Below, piece by piece: positions 1-12,697 of a stretch of 33,000 nt of DNA. Position numbers and translations under genes: made by a program. The first letter of the stretch is position 1; each line of letters begins with the position of its first letter. The notes beneath the pieces were generated by a model. That model had not been told where the DNA came from. It did not search any database and saw only the letters and a program-made list of their open reading frames with translations. Source of the DNA: Dicyema japonicum (taxonomy: Eukaryota > Animalia > Dicyemida); the NCBI GenBank assembly GCA_011109175.1, contig RDEW01000004.1, positions 675,030 to 708,029 of the forward strand, in the 5' to 3' direction.

Positions 1-199
1 GAGGTGTCAAGTCCGATAATGAATAAAAAAAGGCATCGACTTCCCACGAATAGTCACCTGTGGTGGTTCCCTAAATTCCACAGCGGTGCTACGGTCTGTC
101 AGTAATTTTTAGGTTTTAATCTACTAAAAATCAAAAAATATAAGCACGATTGTTCCGATAAAAGCCCATTCTTTCTGGATTTTTATCATTTTCGACAAT

Positions 200-1240
200 T
201 GTTAATTTACCATTGATGTACTAAGCTTGAGTATCACGTGGAAGCGCAAATTCTCAATTAAATCCATACTGATTGGAAGGACGAATAATTTTCGGATTCC
301 CTTGATCATGAAAATATCTTGAGTGGTACAATTGAACCGGGGGTAACCAAGAATACGTCTTGTCGAAAATGCCATAACCCTCGGGGTGCATAAAAGTTAC
401 TTCCACGTGGATATACCGGATTATAAAATTACCTTATAGTACTGTCTTAGGGATTTAACACATTTTTAGTTCCGTGGATAGGTCCCCGAGTATTCTCGAC
501 TATGGAATATTGAGGAAACTTCCCAATTCCATAAGTTGCATGGTTAAATCTCTGATGTGTTTGCAAGCAAGGCCGATGTGGTCTTGTGGAGTAAATTACC
601 GCAGGTACTTGTGGTTGGTGCATACTATTAGGTTTTTTGATCTTCTCTCCGTTGTCTGGTGTATCACATGTACTATGGAATTCGGATTTGTTTATTGGAT
701 TTTAGTGATCTTGGCCCACATTGAGGATTCTAGGATCCAAATCGCTTTCCAGAAAACAGTGGTCTCAGCATACCCACCCAGTCGTCCTAAGATCGGGAGA
801 AAGTTTGAAGTACAAATTCCCGCAAAATGAAGTGTTCCCCCAGTTCAGTATCGAAGGCTTTATTAATATCGGTCGAGAAGACCGCAGTTCGGAAATGAAG
901 TGAGTTTCCATTAATTACAGGTAATCCAGGTTGCGGAAGGGAAGGGGTAATCGTTGAGAGCATAAGGTTTCAAGTACTTTAGCACAGTACAGGTTGGGGA
1001 GATAGGCCGGAATAAGACAAAATCTCCTTTCTGTTTTCCAAGATCAGTATTGGCGAATTCTTGTATTTTACAGAACAATTAATGATCTGTATGAGGTGGG
1101 GGATTCTATGGGGCTCAAGCCCCCACTTCTTCATCCGGAATAACTTATTTGTCGTACGTACCTCTCAATGGAAATTCACTTTGATCTCCGTGTGCTTCGA
1201 TAAAGTCTTGAAATTGATCGAATCGCAGTGTTTCGTGAAT
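200..1240 (-). mobile_element. Heavily degraded non-LTR retrotransposon reverse transcriptase region
   Basis: Minus-strand translation gives FRPISPTCTVLKYL (~970-1012, YRPISLL-type), TAVFSTDINKAFDT (~847-888) and a C-terminal RRILGYP stretch (~340-362), with many stops and frameshifts. Confidence 0.75.
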
Positions 1241-1289
1241 AGGTTAGGATGTAAATGGCGCATGTACTCTGAAGAGATCCGTCCTGTCG

Positions 1290-1483
1290 CACAGGACACA
1301 CTTTATTAGAGTAATAACAGCTAAATCGTAGGAGACCAAGAACTGTTCCCTTCTTTTTGTTGCGTAGACGATCCAGTTCACAAGTGTAGTATCATTCACG
1401 GCGTAACTCGTCAATCTAAAGTATCGTAGATGCGTGGAACCTTCAGTCAACTGTACAGCAGCGAGATTACCCTCGCACTGCAC
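1290..1483 (-). mobile_element. tRNA-derived SINE, copy with internally deleted head
   Basis: Colinear similarity to 25750-26050, with shared blocks GTGCAGTG, TGAAGGTTCCACGCATC, TTGACGAGT, ATCGTCTA and AATAAAGTGTGT. Confidence 0.75.
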
Positions 1484-2687
1484 GATTACCACGAAAATAA
1501 ATAAAAAATAAAATTTTAATACCAACTAAATTGTTTAGTGTATTTATTTTTTTTAATTTTAAAATATCATTTTGTAGTTGACGGACTTTGGTGGAGAGGA
1601 GGTCTCTCATTATCTTTGCCTCATTAATATCCTAAATATTACACATAAAGTAGACATGGACAAGGGAGATGTTCTGAAACAACTTTTCCTGCGTGTTTTT
1701 ATCCATCAAATTAATAAATTTCTACTACCACCAAGACCTGATACCTGAGTCCTCAAATCTTCAATATTTTCATTGATTTGAGCGTATCTTCGGTCTATGC
1801 TGTCTCCAATTCCCTGTCTAAGCAGCTCGAGCTGGTTCAACCACCTCTAACGTAATGACACGTGCAAACCTGATTTTCTAACTCTGTTTCAGCAAGTTTG
1901 TCTTCCAGGTCTGATATGAGCTTCGACTGACTGATGAACTCCGACTTGGTGGGCACAATAATTTACCTTTTGCTGCAAAATTGTGCATAATTTTTCATTT
2001 TCGAATATTTCCCGCTCCATAACCTTGATCTCATCTTCCAGATCGTTCAGTTCCTTTGACTTTTCTTTGTCCAGCACGACTCCCTTTCCTCGCAGATCCT
2101 CAATCTCAGCATTCGCTTTGGCGATTCGTTCGCTTTCTCCATTCCACGTGACTATTAAAGTTTACCTCGAAGGTCTTCATCTCAGATATGGCCTTGTGGG
2201 CCTCGATGTAAGAGTTATACTCCAAACGTCCGATTTCACCGAAGAGCCGTTCGTTTTGAGATTTCCTTGATAAAAATAGTAACAACATTTTGTTTTCAAA
2301 GTCGGTGAGGTCATTCAAGCGTCTATCTTTGAGCCTCTTTTTTTCCTGAAATAATATTTTTAGGGTTTACCATTAAAGTTGGTAGGGTTAGCTGCTTGAA
2401 TTTTAGCTTCTCTTTTTGCTCAAAATATGCAAGTTTTTTGTCAAAATTTGTGATCGGTTTTTTGTCCCCCATGTAGACATACTCCACCCTCACTACAGTC
2501 CCGATAGCGCTTACCGTTATTTTGGGCCAAATTAGATACTCCCGTCAAGTCCTTGTTTATCAATCCTAATAACTAACAAACTACAAAAACCATATCCCAT
2601 CTTTCTGAATTTCCGGGGACAATTGCATACCCCCACTCCAAACTTACTAAAAAAGTCAATTAGTTAATACCATTTATGGTAGGTCAT
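1467..2687 (-). CDS. Host coiled-coil protein, ~329 aa, 11 exons, tentatively C20orf96/DUF4618-like
   Basis: From the ATG at 2687, removing ten 21-25 nt introns (nine GT-AG, one GT-GG at 2144-2165) gives one open frame, MTYHKCKFGVG...RLNDLTDFENKMKSQNERLFGEIGRLE...ELNDLEDEIKVMEREIFE...KVRQLQNDILKLKK. It is E/K/L heptad-rich. The exact C-terminus depends on an A8 run at 1547-1554. Confidence 0.8.
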
Positions 2688-2779
2688 TAAGTCAAATTGA
2701 TATGGGAACAATTACGTATTTTATTTTTTATTTTAAATTTAAATAAATAATAGGTTTTGAAATTTAAAATTATTTGTTT

Positions 2780-3640
2780 GGTCACATGGAAAGAAGGGCC
2801 CGTGTATACATGGATGGGACCAAATCAGTTTCAAAACTACTACCCAATGGTGTCCCACAAGGTTCCCCTTAATCACCCGCCTTATTTAAGTTATGTCAGA
2901 TTTACCACAGCCCGATAATAAAGACGATTTCCTCCTATCACATGCTGATGACCTATTAGTCGGATCCTGTGATCTTTTGGCTAAATTATAACCGGCTTGA
3001 TATATCTACTGAAAAATCATCTTCGTCCTTACCCCAGACAAACGACTTGGACAAATGACCGTGGATTTTTTTATCAACCAGACAAAAATACCTTTAACGA
3101 AGAAACTGAAAATCTTGGGGATCACCTTCGACATACACATGTCCTTTACATCTCATCTCATCGGTATCTCCAGAAGCTGCTCAAGAAAGCTTGGGATAAT
3201 CAAAACTATTTTCGGTGGCATTAAAACCCCATTTTCAGCATTGAAATTATTATGCAAACAATTCATCGAGCCATCTGTCAGCTATGCCTGTACGTCATGG
3301 GGAATCAATCTGTCCTCGACGAACAAACAAAAAATCAACGACATTCAGTACATGACATCCACTACTATTAGTAATCTCAGGAAAATATAAAAACTAATTC
3401 CCTCATCACTTGAAGACCTTATCTATAAAATGGAAAGGGATTTTCTTCCCTGTGCATCCAGTGCAACTTCAAACAGTACACAGCCAGGACGTGTCTTATG
3501 AAAAAAGAATACATCACCCCTCTCCAATTTCTACTCCCCAAACCACCCCGCCCAAAGAGAAGTTGCATTGAATCCCAGATGTCGCACGAGCAGAAGATGA
3601 GAAATCTGATTGAGACCTTCGAGATTTATTTTTATTTATT
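2780..3640 (+). mobile_element. 5'-truncated non-LTR retrotransposon (RT C-terminal half), Jockey/I-like, pseudogenised
   Basis: NGVPQGSP (~2847-2870), HADDL (2941-2955), KILGITFDIHMSF (ORF 3055-3390) and the C-terminal motif SCIESQMSHEQKMRNLIE, followed by a TTTA-like tail. Confidence 0.85.
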
Positions 3641-3689
3641 CGAGATCACTCAATTAATTTTGTAATTAAATTAACTATTGGTGTTCTTG

Positions 3690-4190
3690 GGTTAATAATA
3701 ATAATCTTGTCGTGGGTTCTGATTAAAAACCCGGGTGGCATAATGGTCAGTTCTGTCGCTAGTGTGGGCGTGATGCTTGGAGGAATACGTTTCACTTCTA
3801 CCGGGAGGACTGGATAGAACATGTTTCAGGTATATCCTGAGTTATTTAAAAAATTAAAAAAACGTCGTTGGTGATTGATATCTGGCATCGTTGGTTGCAG
3901 TCTATATACGTCAGAATGTCTGAGATTGATCTTCCTAGTCGAACGGTTATCGAGTGGGTGCAGTATCAAGAATTCAGTAATCCAAGACTGGACTAGATTA
4001 GACAACGATTACTGAAATTTATGGAAAGCAGGGTAAGCCAGTATTGAAAAATAAAAATCTCTTGTGTTTTCCTGAATGGAGGGATTATTTGACCATGGAA
4101 AATCCTTGAGAAGACTGCGAGAGGATTAATAGGTGGTGTGTTAAATTTGCGGCCCACAAAAAGTATTGATACAGTCGACGTCATTTGGGG
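3690..4190 (-). mobile_element. Degraded LINE 3' fragment ending in an (ATT)n tail
   Basis: The minus strand ends CCCGGGTTTTTAATCAGAACCCACGACAAGATTATTATTATTA, similar to the terminus at 19269-19303. Confidence 0.5.
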
Positions 4191-4565
4191 GATATCTTAG
4201 TCATATTTTTGAATCAATGTTATAAACCTTCTTGAAAAATAGAAATTGACTAATCTTGAATTTTAGAACATAAGAATTCATGCAAATAAAATTTTAAATT
4301 ACACTACTTGTGTCGACTCACTTTGTCCGTCCAACATTGTCGAGAGCGCGGTTGACACACTGTATGCCGCGGAAAAACGATGAGGGCAAAGGAAAAGAAA
4401 TACGAAGCGCTATTCGCTTTCTAAAAGCTCCACTTAAATAGAAGTAGTCGACAAATGAATTTCAGAAAACAAGGTTTCAATGACTTTTTTGGGATCAAAT
4501 TCGGTCTTAATCTTCGAAAAGAAGTGTCTTATTCCTACCACGTGAACTATATATACTTATATTAG

Positions 4566-5815
4566 TAGGGCAACATTTTTATTGACTTTAAAAAAATAAA
4601 AATTGCCTTAAAAAGTCAATTTAATTGATCTTAAAATTTTAAAAATTGACCTAAAAATTCTAGCTACAGCTTTATTTTCCAATGAAAACTACGCTTATGA
4701 AAATTTAGAGTAATTTTATTCATCGTTTATCGAGTTATTCACAATTAAGTAATATTTTACATTGTAAGCTTTAAAATTCCTATCCTTGGATAAGACTTTG
4801 TTAAGAATCGAAAATGATCGTTGATGAAAATGATCGTCCACGATGAGCCTGACATGCAATCAACAAAGAATAATCTAAAGGTAAAATGGAATTTATTATT
4901 TTTGTGATATCATTAGAATTCATCCTTTTGTTAATATAATTTTTTATTCCACATACGTCTTTTTAAAATCCATTTTTTCAAATAATTGTATGCTTTATTT
5001 ATAGTAGAATTGGTGGATTCTAAATTTTTATACAATCTATTAGGTAAGAGCTTTGCGGATTTGCCAACGTTCCAACTAGACAAATAACAAATTTGTTTCC
5101 CCCAACATCAGTTTCGTCCACAATCAAAAAAACATTAACAATTAATTATTCAAACTAACTTTCTTATTTGAAACTAAATTAATTATTTTGGATATCATTT
5201 GTTGAGCAAAATTTCTACTATATTGGGGCAGTAAACTCTGAAGGAAGCGGATGCCCAATACTTTCGAATAAGTTGATAATTGCTCGATTCTTCAATTTAT
5301 AGAGTGGAATGTTTGAGGATACAAGTGCTTCCGTCTGTTGCAAAATTTCTGAAAAAATCATTTGGAACAATATTCGTGAAGAGTGCTTCTGTGTTTCCCT
5401 GTGTTTGTTCACAAAAAATTGTTTCTTGCAAGTTACGGGTGACTCACATAATCCACATAAAAGCATTCCATTCAGTGTAATTGAAAACTCTGGGATATTT
5501 GTCACAAATATTTGTAGCTTTTTTAAAATCGGAAGGCTTATTTTTATGCTATTTTTATAATTTAGTTAAAGATTTGTTACAAAGACAGAAATGTCACACT
5601 GATTATTTTTAAATTTATTTTGATACTTAAAATTATGATATAATTATATTAGTTATTTTTTATTTAAAATTGACCTAATCAAAAAATTGACCTAATTGAC
5701 CTAAAAATCTTTTTTATAGAAACCTTTTTTTGACATTTTTTTTAAATTAATCATTATTTTTAGAGTAAAGTCTAACTCTAAATTGAAATTGACTTTATTG
5801 ACTTATGTTGCCCTA
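4566..5815 (-). mobile_element. Internally deleted hAT-superfamily DNA transposon (CGGBP1-like transposase)
   Basis: TIRs TAGGGCAACAT (4566-4576) and ATGTTGCCCTA (5805-5815), subterminal ATTGAC repeats, and an imperfect 8-bp TSD (TATATTAG / CTAATTAG). The minus strand encodes a zinc finger CGLC...H....H, ALVSSNIPLYKL, FLIVDETDVGG and a C-terminal RSFSILNKVLSKDRNF. Confidence 0.85.
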
Positions 5816-7745
5816 CTAATTAGACATTAACTAACTCTAAACCTTTTTTCGGTTTATACTGAGTTATCGAATAAATAAACAATTTTTCAAAAAAGACAGA
5901 GCTATCACTCTTCCTCAGTCCTACATTCCCTGGCCGCACAGCCATCAAGAGGTCGATTTGCCAACTCCTATTTTCAACGATTAGTTAATATAAATGTTCT
6001 TTACTCTAATAAAGGTCGTATCCTGCTCTATTACGGTTCTCGTGAAAGGGCTGTTATTATTTCATTAACACTAGGAAACTGCCGCTAGTCAAAGAACATC
6101 CCACTAAAACAGAGCGTTCACAGGAATCTACCACTTCCGCGTCTGGCTCTGTTAGACGCTATCATCATTTAGTATGTTATAGGGTTAGAGATTGGTTTGA
6201 TAGTCAAACATAAATTTTTAAGGTGATATGAAGTCGTTTCATTTCCTTGTCATTCCTTCGTTGATTATATAAGTAATATTTTAGGGACTGTTTTCTTGTG
6301 CTTCAATAGTTCCACTGCTTTATCAAGCAAATGTGAAGTTTGGTTGATAATTTAGTAGTGATCATGCTGGAATGTAGAGTTTGAAGCTTAATACAATTAT
6401 AAACAGGGAGTTTTTGTCAATTTCTTCCCAAATCAGATTAGAATTAAAACAGCATACATTCACTTTTTTGTGTGAGGTCATACCCCTTGTTTAGTTCCGT
6501 TAATATACATTCTTTCCCTCTTCGCATGTGTTATGTCATTAGAGATAGTAATGAAAGGTTTGGTTTGATAAACCCTCGTTGTACTTATTATTGTCCAAGG
6601 ATCATCGGGTTAAAAGAATAAAGTTCTTAACTAAGTGATCCCAGACCGACAACTTGGGACCTTGGTCGGCCGGGAACCCTCGTTGTATTTGTGGTAGCTA
6701 TTATTTAAAAGTAATTTATGAGACAAAAATATTATCAATAATAAGCCAAATAAATTTTAATAAAAATTAAGTGATTTTTCCCTTTCAACTTATTCTCCTC
6801 CTCTTTGCCCCGGATGCATTTGTTTTGACAGGCACCACCGAGTGACGTCCTCATTTTCCACTATCAGCTTGGGCTCAAAGTGTTTATTAAGATTCGCGGG
6901 CTGTGCTTGGCCTTGGCACGATGATGCTGCTTCATTGATTCCCCATAGGCTGTGAGTTTTCTGAGAATCGTCCAAGAAAGTCATTCCATATTAGTACTCT
7001 GACGGTTGATTGAATATATGCTCTAGTTGGCTCCTCAACTTTCAAAAAATGTGATGATTTTAGAATTTGCTCACAATCCCATCACATGTTAGGTAACTTT
7101 TCAACCTCAACTTGTTCAAACGCCTTTTGAGAAATGATTCCCACTTTGATAAGCGTAATTAAATTCCTCCTTTTGTCTCGTAGAAAGATTTGTTGTTTTG
7201 TACTTTCGTGTCTGTTCTTATTGCTGTATCCACTCGAATCTCGACTGATTCATTCATAACTACTGATTGCGCTGAATGTGCTTTCAGTTTCATGAATTTT
7301 TTATTCCGTATTGTCGGCATAGCTGCAATTGTAAGCATCTGACAACTTCCTTATGACGTCGGAGTTAGTCACTATTCAGCAATCGATCACATCTTGTAAT
7401 AAGCCACATTAACATCAGCTTGTGTAATACGAGGATGATGATTTACTCTTTCACTTTCATTTGCTAACTGTTTAAGAACTCCCAAGTCTAATACATAATG
7501 GGTAATACTTTAATCTTTTCTCTATTGCTTTATATGTATTTGGCTCAACTTGTCTCCATCCTCTCTCATTTAGTTTCTTCATTACTGCCTCTCCGTTATT
7601 TAAAGTAATACAATTATTACTACAACACTGACATTATTATCATCACTTTACATTCCTCACTACAAACAAAACCATCATTTAAATTATTAATATTTTATTA
7701 ATTTATTTTATAAATTTAAAATAAAACAACAGTAATGCATCTTTC

Positions 7746-7935
7746 GTGATAGAAAACTGGATCAAAGGCGATCTAAATTCTACACCTACCCCCTTGGAAG
7801 ACCTAATAATAAAAAAAGGAGGTCAAACTCAACGATACCAGAGGATCACTCGTCCACTGCGTGCTTGTGTTGGATCGAGGGAAGACCACCGGGCCAAGCT
7901 GAGAGCCCTATTGGAATTCGCCGGGATCACATTAT
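7746..7935 (+). mobile_element. Short 3'-terminal fragment of a LINE ORF2
   Basis: PTPLEDLI...RACVGSREDHRAKLRALLEFAGIT closely matches the end of the RT fragment at 19330-19830 (PTPFEELV...KCVGTQEEHRARIRWLLEAAGIT*). Confidence 0.75.
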
Positions 7936-8369
7936 TTCTTGTTTTTGTCTTTAAATGTGGTCTTTGGAAATGTTTTCTATTTCAAGCTGGGTTCAATGCA
8001 TATATTCTGGATTTTTGGTACCAATGGAATCTTTAATGAAGAGAGATATTTATGCGAGTAGTTCATGAGTCGAAGTATGTTTGCAGTTAGAAATATTCTG
8101 GGAGACTCTGTGAAAGAAACTGCGCGATTTCATTCCAAGAGTGGCTTATGACGACTTGAATAACATTTTATAAAATGTTGAATTACACTGAAGTCAAATA
8201 TTAAAAAATTGAGAATCAGACAATTTATCATTTGTTAGAATAATATAAAAAATATTTTATGTAAAGTTATCACTTGGGTTAAATTCTTTCCGGTATTGCA
8301 TTACACAGCCAGTCGTGTTAAAAGTGTTTAAAATTTTTGAAAAAATTTACATTTTTTTCAATTTAACGT

Positions 8370-8960
8370 GGCATTTGCTTAATAGATAAAACTACTGCAC
8401 GTCTGAAGATCAGCAAACAATTATACATTGGAACATTTAGAAAATATTGATATTAAAATTAATCATCAAACTCCCAAATACAACAATGGGACTGCAAAGG
8501 GAGATGTAATATTCTCATGGAAGGCCAAATCCAATACTTTTGTTGTTAATAAATTTCATTGCTGGGGACTAAATTCAACAAACTGCAGTCGATATTGAAA
8601 TTGATAAAAATTGGAATATTGAAGATACATCTAATTTTGTTGTTTCAAGGTTTTCATTGTACTCAGTATCAAACCGAGTTTTTGACGATGAAAAGAAAAA
8701 AGCATAAATATTACCGTAAAATTCCAAAATAATACATATCTGACCAACACAATTAATATTCTACATGCAAATGATCGATGTTTACAAATCATACCTGTGG
8801 ATATTATTTAATGTTTGATTCCGAGGAAAACTCCAAGTCAAATATAGAATACACGATTTGAATATTATTGACTGTCCTTCAAAGAATAACACTGATAATT
8901 TATTCAAAATAGATTCAGAAACAGGAATAGTTTATACAAATAATTTGATGGTCATCAGAT
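8370..8960 (+). pseudogene. Degraded cadherin-repeat-like fragment
   Basis: LIDKTTARLKISKQL (~8379) and NNTDNLFKIDSETGIVYT (~8885) resemble the cadherin F-x-I-D-x-x-T-G-x-I motif. No continuous frame could be built. Confidence 0.4.
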
Positions 8961-11299
8961 ACCAACGGATATATTTTATTAATAATATTAACTCCACATG
9001 CAACAAGAAAGAAGCCAATAGTTTTGACAATTAAGTGTTACATGGTTGTAGTCACAAATATACAAGTCCTTCAGGAGCCACATTTGACTGAACCCTGTGG
9101 AAGAGAAAAAATGATCTCTTTCGATCCTGAGGTCCCAAGTGCTTCTTGAGAAGGGTGGAATCATGACAAAACGCTAATGAAGTGAAGGAACTGAAAATAG
9201 GACAAGAAGTTTACGATCAAAGTGAATTAGAGAAATTATCATATGAATGGCAAACTCACAAGCTCTTCTTTCATAAAGTATATTTGTCAAAGTTCCTCCA
9301 ATTTTTGTACCTGATAAAATTCGACGCTTAGATTCCGTCATTTCTACAATCCAAACGAGAAATGGGGTCCAAGAAGATTTAGTTATCTAGAGGAGATCAC
9401 TTAAGAGACATAAGAATCTGTCAAAAAGCTGAAAATCACTCCAATTTATAAATTCGTTTGAAGAATATAATTTCTATTTTTATAAGGTAATTCAAATCTA
9501 TGTACTTTCTATGACAAATTTGTAGAATAACGCTTGAACCATTAGAATAACCCATGAACTTGATTTTTGAGAAAAGCAATTTATTAAGTTAAGGAGCAAT
9601 AAATCCAGGGTCATACAGTAGCCCTGACTGCTAGCTATTTCCTCTCAGGATTACGAACGAGATTTGCTCAAATAGCCATCAAGTTTTAAATAATATAAAT
9701 AATTATTTTTTAAATCGTCTTTTGACGGTGAGCAATGGAAACCTTCGAACACACTGCGCCTTGACCCTATAACTCCAGTGAATTTTTTGATGTAAGTGTA
9801 TTTGAGGGAGGAATCCCCGAAATTCTGAGGAAGGCCAAGACTAACCCCTTCGGCTGTTCTCAACGTCGACCTACCAAAAATCAATAATGAACTCCTTACA
9901 CAAGAAGGTAAACAGCTAATTAAGTGTATTTCGAATTAATTAGTTAAAAGACCAGTATTCTCAAACACATTCCATTCAGAATCACAGTTGCAGGAATCAC
10001 TTCACTGAATTTTCTAGTGAAGTGGAAAGAGTTTTTGATGCCTCCACGACTGGAAAAACATAGAATCATATTAACTATCATCATATACATCATATTAACT
10101 ATTATGTCAGATGATCCCCATGTTTTTAGAATTTCATTGGAGACTCGAACTCTGATCTTATTTTCATCCTACACTTTAATTGTTGAGAAATACGGGTTAG
10201 TGATTTCTCCTGAGTTTGCCAACTCGTTTAGGCTCATGAAAAAAATAGAAGGGTTTTTCTCAATTATAAAGGTATGTAGACATTTTTCTCGATAGAGGTA
10301 CATAACCAATTTAACCACGTGGCTAATAACATCCTGAATTCATAGAGGTTTAGAACTTACTAACGAGTAGTGCCGGCTGCTATCAAGCGTTCAGTGAGAG
10401 TATTGGTATTGGACGTCTATTGAAATCGGTGGATCAAGTAACTTCTCTATGAATTGAAGAAGGCTAAGAGCAGAGAGGAATTCTTTCGACCAGTAGGTAT
10501 CTATTGTTGTTCCCTCGCGATGTGGGAAAAGAACTCACTGCAATATGAGACGCAAGAGACAGCACTAACAACTAAAACATCTGCTACAGATTTTCTTGTT
10601 CCCAGAATTTCCAAATCAGCAGGTACTACAGATAATTGTACATGAACATCTGAAAAAATTCAGCGGTTTCAGAAATCGTTAATGATTCAATCGATTATGC
10701 CCAACAACAATGAAACATATTAAAAAGCATTGTCAACCTTCATAGAAAATCAATGAACCATAAAAATTTTGCAGTAACTGACAAAACAAAAATCATAATA
10801 AGCGATATGTGTTTATTATAATAAAAACTATCACCATTTTAATAAACAAATAAAATTATTCCAAAAACCAGGGTAAAACCAAAATGACAACTCATTGATC
10901 CTCGATCTCAGAACTTGCCTCCAGGTAACGAAATTGTTTCCGGTGGAAAGAATTGCTAGTTTTTTTTCAATGCTGGTCAGGCACTAAACGTCTCCTTCGT
11001 AAGGTGGGAACATGGCGACACGTGGCTTTATGTTTTCCAATGACATGCGTATTAAAAGTGATTCAATAATAAAATATTGAGTGAACCTACTTTTGCCCTT
11101 AGTCTTATGGCTAATTTTTATTTTTTAAAATTTAATATTAGTTTATTTTTAAAAATTATTTTATTTTATGGCAAACCTATTATCATAATAAAGATTTTTG
11201 CTGCCACATTGTAACACATTCTAGTGGTCTCAATTTCTTCCCGTATTGTTTTTTATTGTCTGCAGATGTTTTTCATATATTAATTTATTTTCAAATGTA

Positions 11300-11820
11300 T
11301 TTAAGTCAGCCTATAGTGTGGTGAGCTGTTGTCAAGATGTTGGAAATATTTTGGTGACCACAAATAAGATTTTTCTTTTCTGCACTATTGACTGATTTGA
11401 TTTATTTCCTTATTGGAAGAGAAAACTATTTCTTGAGGCATTTACTCACTGTAGATAAAGCCTGTTGATACATCCGGCTGAATATTGAATATTTTTATTT
11501 TGCACTTGTATTTTCTAGTACCTTGTTGGAATCCTTGTTTGATGGAGATACGGAGTAACGACCAATTTACAATTTTTCATAGCGTACATGTTATGGAAAT
11601 AGTATATATGAAGAGGCCCTCACTTCTGTTTTCCAGCCTTCAGTATTGGTTTAATATGCGAGTTGCAAATGCATAATCAAAATGATGGACAACTATTTTT
11701 TCCATTTCACTATCTTCCAATCATTGAGATAATCAGTTTTTCTCGAGCCTTTTTCTTAGCTTGATTTTTGCGAATGACATGAACGACGTCTTTGATATTC
11801 CGACAATCTCTTATCCACCT
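11300..11820 (-). mobile_element. Very degraded non-LTR RT remnant
   Basis: Minus-strand KPILKAGK followed by DMSTGF, in the order expected for PIxKxGK...DxSKAF. Confidence 0.4.
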
Positions 11821-12477
11821 ATATATTAATTATTGACAAACGTCCTCAATTCTTGTAATCGATTTTTTCGCCATTTCCTCTATCCAATCCTGGGACCCCT
11901 ACTCTTGTGGACCTTCACGTCCAGGTGGTTCTCTCTGGAATTACTACCATGTTTACTATATTTTAACCTAACCAGCCTCGAAGTCTCCTCAAGATACCTA
12001 GGATATATAACACAAACAACCTTTTTGAATCATTTATTGTCGAGTTATGCTACGATTCAGTCGATATTGAATCTTATATTTGAATTTATCCTCAAGATAT
12101 GGAGATAGGATGTTCAGATGATAATTTATCCAGTTGTCCATTCATGATTCAATGCCAGTATTTTGGGGTATTTGAAAAGAGTCTAATTCATCGACAAATA
12201 TCCAAATTATCGCATTTTTCTGAATTATTGGTTTCCTCGTCTACTGTTTCAGATTATCCACAATATCCCATGGAGTTTACACAAGGTTATAAAGGTCTCT
12301 GTGTACTGGAAATCCGGCTCTATAATGTCGACAATCAGAATCCAAATTAATTATATAATAATCATAAATATTTGATAATTTTCGTTACGTAATAAATACC
12401 CCTTTATAATTTGAGTCAAAGTTTATTGAACTAAAGTAGCATATTTAAGTAAATAAATATAATTTTAAATAAACATG

Positions 12478-12617
12478 AGATTGGAATAGCCATACTCCGA
12501 GGGAACTCGTTCGCAATCCACGCAGTAGGCTTCCTCAACTGACATTTGTTTAATTGTTAAAAAAAATTTTTGTTTAAAAAAAATAAAATAAACATTAAAT
12601 TTTAATAAAAAAATATT
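12478..12617 (+). mobile_element. 5'-truncated 3' end of the CRE-like element family
   Basis: Near-identical reverse complement of ~15480-15578 (IGIAILRGNSFAIHA.GFLN* plus AT-rich tail). Confidence 0.9.
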
Positions 12618-12697
12618 GAAACGTATTGTCATTAAATGACGAGGAGGATAGCTCAAGCGAAACCCTTTAATGGCTACGCTAAGGAGCTATTAAACTA

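Noticed and set aside
1244-1525. ORF with an apparent signal peptide (MVLKFYFLFIFVV...)
   Set aside because: It starts at TTG in T-rich sequence and runs through a SINE copy, so it is a chance ORF.
6638-6690. Twister- or HDV-like ribozyme in a GC-rich hairpin (minus strand GGTCCCAAG)
   Set aside because: A hairpin is present, but the remaining conserved pairings and residues are not. It is left as an unexplained stem-loop.
6200-7680. Coding-like purine-rich minus-strand region
   Set aside because: It has many stops and no motif I can recognise. It is probably old TE, but no call is supportable.
9000-11060. Possible LTR retrotransposon gag/pol remnants
   Set aside because: Only vague similarity (e.g. 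FPPYEGD...FVTW). No LTRs or diagnostic motifs were found.
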